NCBI GenBank assembly: GCA_964057225.1
Contig: OZ059894.1
Span: 15,314,001-15,378,000, forward strand
Direction: 5' to 3'
Length of the DNA stretch: 64,000 bases
DNA from: Auanema rhodensis
Lineage: Eukaryota; Animalia; Nematoda
The position numbers and the translations under genes are program-made. Numbering within the stretch: position 1 is the first letter of the stretch; each line of letters begins with the position of its first letter. Below the pieces are notes generated by a model. That model made no database searches. It was not told the origin of the DNA and saw only the letters and a list, made by a program, of their open reading frames with translations. Shown here in pieces: positions 1 to 11,500 of this stretch.

Positions 1-2056
1 ATATAATATACAGAAATTACATTTAACAAATTCCAAACCTTAAGGAAATACAACTCTTCTTTTCTCAATTCTCCGATTTTGCGTTCAAAGTTTTTTTCCC
101 AACCGGACATTTTAACAGTTCGAATACCAACGACCATCTCAGAAGTAAGCTATAGATAATACATTAGAAAATAACTCATAAAAAGTAAAACAAACCTTAA
201 TTCTCTGGTCCTTTGCATGCATTAACTTTTCAGACATTTCACCAATTTTATTAGTAATACATTTATTAATTGGAACCAAAATAATAGCAGCTACAACGCC
301 AGAAATAAATGCAAGCCCAATCTGTAAAACTTGGATTTGAAGCATGAAGCATACAATATACACTAACCTCTCGATAAAGAAGATATAAAGCTACACACAT
401 TTGAACAGGTAAACTCCAGAAAGAATGAAATGAATTGAAAAAATTAACTATTCTATCAACATCGGTTGAAACAAAGTTTATAATTTTGCCTAGAAGTAGT
501 GAAATTAAGCGATTATGTGTAAACTAACAGTTAAAACCTGAAGAAAACTTCGAAACTTCATACATTGGTACACCCATTAAACGATCATATATGGAAGTTA
601 CAGTTGCTGCTCGAACTCTATAGAACATTTAATAAAGAAAATAAAAATGTACTAACCTAAGACTAATTTTTTGAACATAGTAATTAAAATTATTCGATGT
701 AATTGCTGCCAAGAATGAGGTAAGCACCATTAGTCCAGCAAATAAAAAGCATTCTCTCTTAAAGCAAATGTAATTTTCAATAATCATATCAATACTTACG
801 TATGAGTCTTGACTTTCTAAAGCTACAACTAAAAGATGAAGTAAAACGGGACCACCAAATGTGAAAATATCAGAAGCCAATCTTAATATACCAAGGGACA
901 CAAAATATAAACCAAAAGTATGATAAAGTGACCTAGAATTATTCTTTAAAAAATGAAGAAACATTAAAGGTTCAACTTACATTTTTAGTGAGTAAGGTTG
1001 AGCATCAGAATATAAAGTTGGAGAGTTTTCTATGAACTCTCTTTCTACAGTAGCGATTTGAAGAGATGGTGGTAAATTGAACAAATCATTTAACTTAAAA
1101 CAATAATTTTGTATAAAGATGCTGATAATATAATAACCGAGTTCAATTGTTTACGTCCTCCTTTTTTGATTAACTCGTTTGTCCAGCAAAAGAATATTTT
1201 AGAAAACAAGCCAGCATCTTCATCTGCATCCTCATTTAAATGTATATAACTATCCAACGGTTGATGATTATTAGACCTTCTTAAATGAATATCCTGTTTT
1301 ATGTTCAGTGCTCTTTGACTCTACCTATGAACGAAGAATTCAATTATATTTGCTAATATGAAAAACGCATGTATAACTGATATCACCAAGAATGACAAGG
1401 TTCTCGGGTCCCGAAATCCATATAAAATCCAACGATTGGCGAATATCTCATGAAAAACTTTGGAACCAAAAAAAGTGGTGATATGTAACATCTTTGAGCG
1501 TGTCCAACTGTAATTTTCCAATTTCACTATTCAGCATGAATGAAAATTGAATTCATTTGAATTTGTCGAAGCGTATCGAACGACAGTAATCATGTGCTTG
1601 CAATATAGCTTACCTGTTATATTGTACAGACTTTAACCAAAGAAAAGAGAAAGCTATCCAAACAACAGAAATAACTCCGTATTCAATCAGTTGAATCAAT
1701 TTCAGTTGATATGAAGTAAATATTGAGAAAAGTAAGGCAGCTATCAATAGTAATGAGCATAATGCACAAGCGACTGTTTTCAATATGAATAATCCCCGAA
1801 CACTTTTTCTTGTATAACGAGGGTATGTGCCCTATAAGTTAGTCATCATGATTTTCTTTATGAAATACTTTACCGAAACCCGTAGTAAACTGTAGATAAT
1901 ACATAGAAGAAGAGGAATTGATTCACTAACAACTGCACCGAATTCAGCACAAGGTGTTAATGTCATAGTATCTTCATCAATAATATATTTGGAATGGAAT
2001 GTCGTTCCATTGGCAAACCCACAAAACGTCCATATAGGATCGCCAGGGGAAACCAT
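1..2056 (-). CDS. ABCC/MRP-family ABC transporter, ABCC10(MRP7)-like; 5' part (TMD0, L0, start of TMD1), continues beyond the window start
   Basis: ATG at 2056 (MVSPGDPIWTFCGFANGTTF) follows a TTTTCAG acceptor. Spliced exons give EDADEDAGLFSKIFFCWTNELIKKG, LRLASDIFTFGGPVLLHLLV, GKIINFVSTDVDRIVNFFNSFHSFWSLPVQ, IGLAFISGVVAAIILVPINK..KDQRIK and GIRTVKMSGWE, all typical long-MRP TMD1 motifs. Confidence 0.9.
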
Positions 2057-4463
2057 CTTATAGAACTCTGAAAAGTTTAAAAAAATATATATAATATGTA
2101 TACATATATATATATATATATATATCACATTTTGTATTAGAATGAAAAATGCTAAGTATTGTATAACTCATTTAGACTTACTGACACAGCAAAATTGTCC
2201 CTATGCCTTGTTCAGATATTGCGTTTGATATTTAATTGTTAAGCTTCATAAACTTTTATCATGTTCAAACTTCAAACCAAAAACGGTACACACAGCACGT
2301 ACGTGTTTTCAATCTCACGCTTTGTTGAACATAAATTGTAAATAATATTTATTGTTCAAAATAAAGCATAAAACATAATGAAATTAAACATGAACATTAA
2401 GAGAAATAGAGTAAAAGTTCAATTAATAATTTGTTATTTTATGTGATATGAGAAATTCGGTAAAGCTAAATTAAATAGCCTAGCTGTTGCTAGGTTCATG
2501 TTTCGGTGAACTACGTTGATATTATGATTCCTGAATAGTTTTCACACCCTGGAGCTAAATATATCCGGTTGATTTCATTATACTTCAGAGTTCTATTCAT
2601 TTAGAAATCAACAGGTTTATCTACGTGCGAAAGATCCTCATTAAGTCATATTATAGTATTATTATGGGAGGGGGTGTAAAACAAAATATCTAGTTCAATT
2701 TTTGCGCATTCAAAGTAAGTCAAGAGTGATATAATATTTTTCATCTAGACAAAAATATAAAAATTTACGAAATTTTAAAGTTTGATGAGGTATCAGCAAA
2801 TTTGAGGGTACAGGTACGGATTGATGAAAATTGAACATCATACAGTAATTTAATTAGATTTGAAGTAGTAAATACATTTTGATCACTATATCAATTATAA
2901 TTCCATTTTAATATTAATTCATAAAATATATAGTGAAAATAAATTTTCATCCAAATATTTTGAAAGTGTTAAACTTATTTTCACTTTCTGATTGGCACGT
3001 AAGATTTCATGATGTTACGTGAAAAGTATCATTTCTATTTTTTTTGTAATTTATTGCGGTTGCTTTTATGATATAATGTTAATATTTATAGGATTTTATC
3101 GTCTCAACGACTAGCATGGTTGTTGTTCATTCAAACATACCTATTTGAATGTTACAGAATTGAGTTCTTCATATATTGAAAAACATCATTTGAACAAAAC
3201 ATAACTGTTGTTATCTAACAATGGTCAGTAATTGAAAAAAATTTATTTCATTCTTTTTCATCGAGATTCCTACTTGTCAACATCATTCCATAGTTTGCGA
3301 TACCAACAAAGATCTCATAGTGCGAGTCTATTTCGTATTTCATATGGCTACAAAATTTCCGTTTTTAAAAAATTACTCGGAAAATTCGGTGAGAACAAGT
3401 ATATGCGTAGCCATAACTATAATACTTTTAATATCTGTATGTACTTTTGCCGCTTTTCGGTTAGTTTGAGAGGTACTTCTATACATCCATATTATTGAAT
3501 ATTTCCCACATTTTGATATAATAAAAACAAATTCTAGACAAGATATCTTATTCTAATATTATAAAACGAATATATTTTATGTCGATGTCGTAAGGAAATT
3601 ATTTCATATAGTCATGTAACAAGCCAAAGAAGCAGGAGCAGTCGGATTATAATCTAAGTGACAACCAAAAAGGTTAAAAAGTTTCAAGAAGGGGGAGAGG
3701 ATGGAGAAGAGTGCAGTAGGCTCAATATCGCGTGGACAATGTAACATTTGAGCAGAACCGAAAGACTGACAGCTGCGAAGAAACAAAAAAGGAGGACAAT
3801 GCGCAATGAAAACGCAAGGATCACAAGAGTAGGAAAATAATTAGCTTTTAAATAGTTAAATATACGGTTATAATAATTTATAAGTTAATATGAAAGAATT
3901 AGAAGATGGGGATGGGCAATTTTGTGAAGTACGGTAAGCGATGAGTAAGGAAGAATGGGACAAAGGGGACCGATGATAGGGAGAAAGTGAGGATAAGAGG
4001 TCTCATTCAGGCTGTCGTGGCAGCCAAATTAAAGAGATAACTAGCCAATAGATCAGACATATTATTGAATGAATTGTATACGTATAGTAATTTACAATAT
4101 ATTAAATAGAAATCTATGATGTACAAGTGTTCATGAAGAAAATAAGTTCTCAAATATTTAAGTAAATCAAATCTAAATAAGGAAAAAAATCGTTATATAC
4201 TGCAAATGGTATATATGAGATAATACTAAGGTTTTATAATTAAATTATAGCTATATATGTATATACTTATATAGTTAGAACCGGGATGTCTAGAACTGTA
4301 CAAATGTTTGAGTAAATTTCGTTTTTTTCCTCAAAAAAAGAAAAGAAAATAAATACATGAAAAGATGTTCGCAAGAATTAAAATAAGCGACCAGTGCCTA
4401 GGTTGATAAAACAAAATATTATAAAGCCAATAAGGAATATAAATATTTGCTTCATGTTTTTGC

Positions 4464-6367
4464 TCATCCATTGAAACCTTCTAATAAATATTTGAGACAA
4501 AATTGAAAGAATTTTCGAAAAAGATTTTCAGCTTTTTCGTTAAAGCGATCCTGTAGCACTTCTTTGACCATATGTAAGAATGGATCTTCCATAGCTTGAA
4601 ACTGATTTGCTTTCATAGTTGACACCTGAAACAGATATAATTATAATTGGAAGAAAGAAAGTTGGCTTTAGAAATGAAAAATTGTGATTTTCTCATATTT
4701 TTACGAATTTAATCTAACTGGAAATACCTTTGTCCGATGCATCTTTCCCACTGACGTCAACCTATCACACGCTTGTTGCACGTCTCCAGGTTTTTCTTCT
4801 ACAGCAGATATTACGTCATCAAATACCTAAAAGCAAATCTCATAAAAGTCTTCAAAAAAAACCAATTTTGCATTTACGTCACAGAAATTACAGATGACAT
4901 GCAAAATAAAAAAAAAGGAAAATTCTTTTATGCATTAACATCACGAAAATGTCAAAAAGCATATCCCAATTCGTACAAAATTAGGACATGAGAAACTGAA
5001 GTGGAAAGAGAAGTAAAAACAACTTTTGCACAAACCTTAAGATAATTAGCTGATATTGCTTCAAACCCTGGATCTGAACATGAAGCCGTAACTGTACTAG
5101 CATCAACATTTTTCAGTTTTGGATACATTGAATGGTTTTCAGCCTGTTGGTTTAGATACCTAGAAATAAATTTTTTTAGTGATTGGTTTTATAACTGTTT
5201 TCTATTTTTATCTACACGTAAAGTAATTTTGTTTTTTAAATTTATATTATTCCATACATGTATGTATATATGTGTATGTGTGTACATGTATTTATACATT
5301 TTTTTGATTTTTGATATATTAAAATCATATCTTTATGTATGAACAAAATATAATCAACTGATAGATTCTTGAAATATCTCGTTTATTCTGTCGTCAAACA
5401 GCTTCTGATATACTATATTCACAGGGCAACTCATGCACGGAAATTGGATATCATGAATTCTTTTCCCAATATCTTTATTCTGTTTTCAAATAAAAATTTC
5501 GAAAACAAGTTTTGATTAGACAATGAGTAGAAAGTTACTGAATGTCATTGTATCACTACTCGATAATTCTCTGAGATTTGCGTCATTAGTTAAGCATTAA
5601 AGTTTACAATATGGATTGTTTAAATATTAATCCAAAAAAAAAGATGTTTAGACATATCCTGAGTGATTAGATTAAAGTTTAAATCAAAAAATAATCATAA
5701 TATTAATAAATATTGATAACAAAATACTGGACAATGTATCAAAAATCTGATGATCTTATAATGAATTATATATTTTCGATCATTGATATGTTTAAGATTC
5801 AGGAACAACAAATGAAAATCTCATAGTATCATCTGATTTCATTGAGAAATATGGAAAGAAACATTTTAAAAATATTTCTATAATATCTAAAAAAATAGAA
5901 TATTATGTGTAGTAAATGAAAAATAAAGAAAAAAATGACTACAATTTGAAGAAGTAAAGAACAAGACAAACAGAGACTAATTCGAATGATAACAGCATGA
6001 TTTTTCTCTCAACGATTTTTATATTTATATAAAATTTGAAAGAACAATTTTCAAAATAAACGAGAAAGCATTTTTCAGTTTACAGATGGAATATTTATGC
6101 AGATCAACGTGGACTGAGAGGACTGATTATGATGTCTTTTCAAGTTTATAATAATGAAAAATGTTTAAAGCCATACCTAGCTAACATGGATTTACCGCAT
6201 TCTTTTTCGTTACGTCGTATAGTTTTCCAATAATTTTTCAACGTGTATAGCTCACGGAAATTTGGAAATGGTAATCGACTGTCAACTGTTGGAGTTTCTG
6301 CAGCCGGAGGCTCTGGTGGTTCTACCTTTCCGGCTGGCTTTGCAGATACACTTGAGCCTGAGCCCAT
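4464..6367 (-). CDS. Nematode globin, isoform A (predicted N-myristoylated, MGSGSS); exons 6367-6177, 5159-5036, 4826-4728, 4625-4464
   Basis: Clean GT-AG splicing gives ...LKNYWKTIRRNEKECGKSMLAR|YLNQQAENHSMYPKLKNV..DPGFEAISANYLK|VFDDVISAVEE..RLTSVGKMHRTK|VSTMKANQFQAMEDPFLHMVKEVLQDRFNEKAENLFRKFFQFCLKYLLEGFNG*. It has the A12 Trp, proximal His F8 (GKMH) and an intron at the conserved B12.2 position. Confidence 0.9.
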
Positions 6368-8294
6368 GTGCTGTAGATGAAAACCAAGGTTTCAACTGGT
6401 TGCAATGTTCGAACACGAGCACACGCTAGCGTTGAAGTAGGAATAAGGAATGTCCGCTATGATGTAGAGGAATGCGGAGTAGGAGTGGCTGAGAAGGAAG
6501 AAGGTGTGAAAATGGAGAGTTCGACAATGAACCACCCACAAGGAGACCGACTAACAGAAACAAAGTAGGAACATTCGGTTTAGTATGTGGTTGTCAGAAA
6601 TCACGTTGCCGTAGTCGTCCTGTTCTCTTCAATGATTCAATTTGTCTGAGAGGAGAAAACGAGCAAGAATGGGAGTTAATGTAGAAAAATAGAACGAATA
6701 GTATGAAGGCTTGAGAGAGAGGAAAGAAGAATGAGACAGAAGTATGCTTTCTACCTTATTCGTCACAACATTAATTGGCTCCGCCTCAAACTAGCAGAAG
6801 GAACATTTATGAGAGATTGAGAGAAACAGAGAACTGACAACATCTGAGGTTGTTTCTTCGCTCAGGTGTTTAATTTATACATACATGTATATATCTATAA
6901 AGAATAAGTGTATTGAGGAAGAAATAAAGATAGAAAAAACCAACAGGTGTAGAAATACATAAGAATAAAAAAGAAAATAACAAAATAAACATGAAACAAC
7001 ATAAAACAATATGAGAAATTGATGTAGGGAACAAGCTAAATCATCTCTCCAGAAACTTTGTAAAAGAAAGGAGAGAGTTACATGAATAGTTAATAATAGG
7101 AAGTAAGGAAGGAGTAGCTTACAAAGTTTACTTACTATAAAGTATTCACATATTTTCATATATATACAATTATATTTTATAGTTTTTAACAGTTCAAACA
7201 TGAATTTTTTTCATTTTTTGGTTAGTTTTTGCAGCTTAAATCTACATCTTATATACATTCATATGTATGAAAAGATCATAAACAAATAAAAAGATATTTC
7301 TATTAATGCCTTCTTCCATCCACTTAATTGAGCTTTGAAAAGGATGAAATAAATATTAATGTTAACATTTCATTGATTTTTGATTTAATGAAATTGGTTC
7401 TAATATAAATGACGCAGTTTTTGTTCTGCGTTCTCGGCTAAGACCTGAATTATGCTTTTTCGCAAAATATTCTTCCTGGTTTTTCTTTACAATTAGTAAA
7501 TATTTAGGGTTGTTGAAAGAATTCAAATGAAAGAAAAATTTCCAAGCTTCTTCTGTCATTATTCATTAATCAGTTTGAGGTTGATGGTTACGTACAGAGG
7601 CAAAATCGAGATCAAAATCCAAGTGACAGAAATCATTGGCGGTAAATTGAAAAGGCAAAATTCTATGAATCGTCTCATCAACTAATGTTCAAGCTACAAC
7701 TTAAAATCCATAGAATTCCGATATATGTGGCATGATGTTCAGACACAAAAAACCTGAGATTGTGTAGTACATATGAATACATATGTATGTATATCTTTAT
7801 ATATATTAATATCATACATTTATATGTATGTATATACATATATAGGATAGAAATATATGTATAGAATCATAATTTCTATTCAATTAGTCTAGCATTACTA
7901 ATCATAGTGAAGGTAATGCTTGATATATTAGGCTTATTTCACATTCATTGCTACGACAAATGTTGAATTGTTCTCTAATATACCAAACAAACTATAGCAA
8001 ATAGTTGAATAAATTTTCATAAAAAAAAGTTTCAAATGATAATAATTGTTCTTGGATGACTTTTTAAAGTTGTTGTTTTATTATTATATTTTGTGTTGTA
8101 AAAACGTCAGAATTGCATAAGTGTCTTCTTATCTAATAATTACCTTTAATATATATTTTCGAAAAGAAAGAAAATTTCTCGAATTAGCTAGCCATTTGCT
8201 CAAAATAGTTTAAAAAAAAACATAAATATAACTAATAAATTATTTTGTTTTTACAAAAATAAATACTAAAAGTAATGTTCAAATACCAACTCAC

Positions 8295-8531
8295 CTTGAT
8301 AGCAAAATTTGTCCAGATTCTTGACTTTTCCTGTTAATTGTTTTCCAGTAATTTTTTAGCGTAAAGAAATCTCTGCAAAAATGTTTCCAATTTTCAATCT
8401 ATTTTTGGATATTAAGTCACTCACCTGTAGCTTTCCAAGCCGACTCTTTTGTCTAATTGTTTGATCGGTTCTGGTTCTGGTAAAGGTGCAGCTTTATCCT
8501 TATTTTTCTTCAATTTCTTGAAAACTGCCAT
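8295..8531 (-). CDS. Alternative 5' exons of the same globin (isoform B); exons 8531-8425 and 8372-8295, predicted to splice to 5159
   Basis: TTTTCAG-A-ATG start, then MAVFKKLKKNKDKAAPLPEPEPIKQLDKRVGLESYR|DFFTLKNYWKTINRKSQESGQILLSR. This is paralogous to isoform A (ELYTLKNYWKTIRRNEKECGKSMLAR) and ends in the same phase-2 AG|GT donor. Confidence 0.82.
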
Positions 8532-11500
8532 TCTGAAAATAAGAAAGATGTTTTCTATTTAGAAGAGTTATCTCTAAAAAAACTTTGAAAAGGGGGGTCT
8601 TTTACTTTTTTAAAATATTGTAATTCATCGATGACACAAAGAACTTCTAACTTTTTTCTTGTTTTTGAGGTAATAGCTTTCGTTTCAACGGCCCAAGTAG
8701 TTTTTAATTAGCTACAACTGATAATTCTCAATTAGGAACACGAAAACTCTGTCAAATTATTGGTTCAAAACTGTCTTAAAAAATACTTCAAACTTTTGAA
8801 TCGATCAACAGTTTTCTAAAAAATATTTTACTTACAAGGGCATTATATTTAGAATGTAACTGGACTCAGTTTTTTGACCTGAATCTATATAAATTATAGC
8901 TTTGATACAAAAATAAAGTGAAGAAGAGAGAGATAGAGAAAGAGAAAGAGAGAAAAATGGAGATAGTGAGATAGAGATAGAGAGAGAGAGAGAGAGAGAA
9001 AGAAAGAAAATGAATTGAAAGAGAAAGAGAACTTTAAAAAATGAATTGACAAGGTATGTATTGAAGTCAATTACAGATAATTAAAGATATATCTATATAT
9101 ATCTTTCTATATATATATATAGAGAGAGAGAGAATTTGGTTATTTATTGTTAGCAAATAAAATTAAAAAGAAGATACTAGAGACTAAAGAATTAGAATCA
9201 TATAATAGTTGAATAGCAAATCAATACGAGATTTTTTAAATAATAAATAGAATGAAAAATCATATTTATATTAATTCTTTGAGATGAAGAGAATGTTTAG
9301 AAAATGTTTGTTGTAGAGAAGAACAAGTTTGGATAAATTATATAGAATAGTTTAGAGATTTTCAGATAGTAATCAACTTGCTGTGTGCAGCAAAAAGATT
9401 TTTTCAGAAGAAAAGTAATCAAGTATTTGAAAATTCTGAGCGAAAAATCAATGAAACTACTTAAAACAAAGAATAAACGCCATTAAATATTCTCAGTTTT
9501 AATCATATAATATTTAAAATTATCATAACTTATGCAGTCTTGTTCTTTTGATTAAAATCTACAACATTTAAAGAAAGTATAATTATAAATAATTAAATAA
9601 TTCGTTTTAGTCATATTATATTAATAGATCATTGAGTCAAATGTTATTTGGCTTTACTGTATCCGCAGAATAGTCGACGCGTATTTTTTCTTCGAATTCT
9701 CTTCTCTTTCTTTCTTTCTTTCTTTTTATCTCTCTCTCATCCCTTCTATCACTTGTTATTTCAACAACTTTGCCATTCTATTCTCTTCTCTCAAATCAAC
9801 TTTCTCGCTCGAAATTCGCACGAAATCTGATTCTCTGCTGGTGATCCGGTTAAGGCTGCCCAGGTCAAGAAGCTATCGATGAAATTACAACACATTTGCA
9901 AGAAAAATTGAGAAAAAAGAAGTGAAGACTAGTATTAAAGATACTACTAATGTAGTTGATACAGAATGCAAATGCAGCATTTTTGGTTTCAAATCTTTTG
10001 GAATCTTGAAGTATCGTTGACATTTGAAAGGCTGATTGAAAAGAAGCTATTCCCTCTTTGTGTGCTAACTAAGTCCAATAGAAGTTTGATTAGAAAGATA
10101 AAGAGAACGACAGAGAGACTACTTGTATTCAGTGTAAGCTGAGCAAATATTCTTTTTTTTTTCTTATTCACCTTTATTATTACTTATTCAATCTTTTACT
10201 ACTATTCTATGATATTAAGAAAGCTTTTCATTCATTTTGATAGATTTTACAAGCTAATGAGAATATACATATGTGATGAATGCTTATGTAATTAAGAAAA
10301 AAATAAACAAACAACAATGTTTTTTCTTTTTTTTTACAAATATCTTGGAGACATTTCTAAATTTTTCTATCTATTTTTGATTTTTTAAAATTTTATTTTT
10401 CAAAAAAAAAAAAAAAAAAGATTTCAAATGAAATTGCGAATGATGTCGTCTTCTATCAAACGGCAAAACGACGACAGGATCTCATAGGCTCTGTTCGAGC
10501 TCTTTTTCGTCCAATAGAATAAATGAATAATGTATGAATTTTAGTATGTGAAGAACAAAAATAGCAACAGAAATAGTAATAGTACTGGTAAAATGAGTTG
10601 TAAGAATAGTTGAAATACTAGTAAAACTAAAAAAAAATAAAAAAAAAAAGACGAGCAAGAAGTAGTTCTAGTGGAAGCAATTTGACTTCAAAAAAAAAAA
10701 AGAATATTCAAAATGCTTGATTATGTCGTCGTTTCTGTTCTCTACAGTTGAATAATTTGAAAACAATTTTTTTCTTAAAAAAACAATATCAGAACAGCTG
10801 ACGATTTGTTTAGAATCATAAACATCACGATATGTATAACTATTTTATTGATCGATTTGATCAAATTGATGTAATTAATTATCTAAATAATGCTTTTAAA
10901 CTCAGAATATAAAGTATCCTACAAACTGAAAATTATTTATTTTTCATAGTTCGGAAAGAGAAAGTGTTCAGAGACAAAAAAATTAAAAAAAAACTGCTGT
11001 TGAATATATGATGAAAGCTTATTATAGTTTTGATTTTAACAATGAGTTTTCTTCAATTATTGACAAATATTATAGAATATACATACATATAGGCATTCAT
11101 ATACCTACCTATTTTGCTTTAAATGGTGAGAGTTAGTAGTAAAACGAAAATTTTATAGTAATATACGTACTTGAAAAAATGTGAGCGACGACGAAACTAC
11201 AAGCTTCTTCCGGATGAAGTACTGCAATAGTTATTCTGGAGCTATTAAGATCTGAAATGAGGTAAGAGTTTTCGAAATTTCAGAGATTTCATGACATGAA
11301 AAGAGCGAAGAAAATATAATTTGAAAACATCTGGATGTAGTTTTACGAATGAACAAAATTATTACATTTAGTTGATGGAAATGAAGAAAATGTTTAAAAA
11401 AATTGATGCAAATGAGTCCCGGCTATTGTTAAGAAGCATGTGGAGCATGGTGAAGAGCACAAAGAGCTTTGAACGTCCGAATTATCAGAAGAGGATTGAA

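Noticed and set aside
2500-3500. Plus-strand segments with splice-like boundaries (VYLRAKDPH*, FDEVSANLRVQ, DFIVSTTSM)
   Set aside because: They could not be joined into an open frame. A pseudogene or lncRNA is possible but unsupported.
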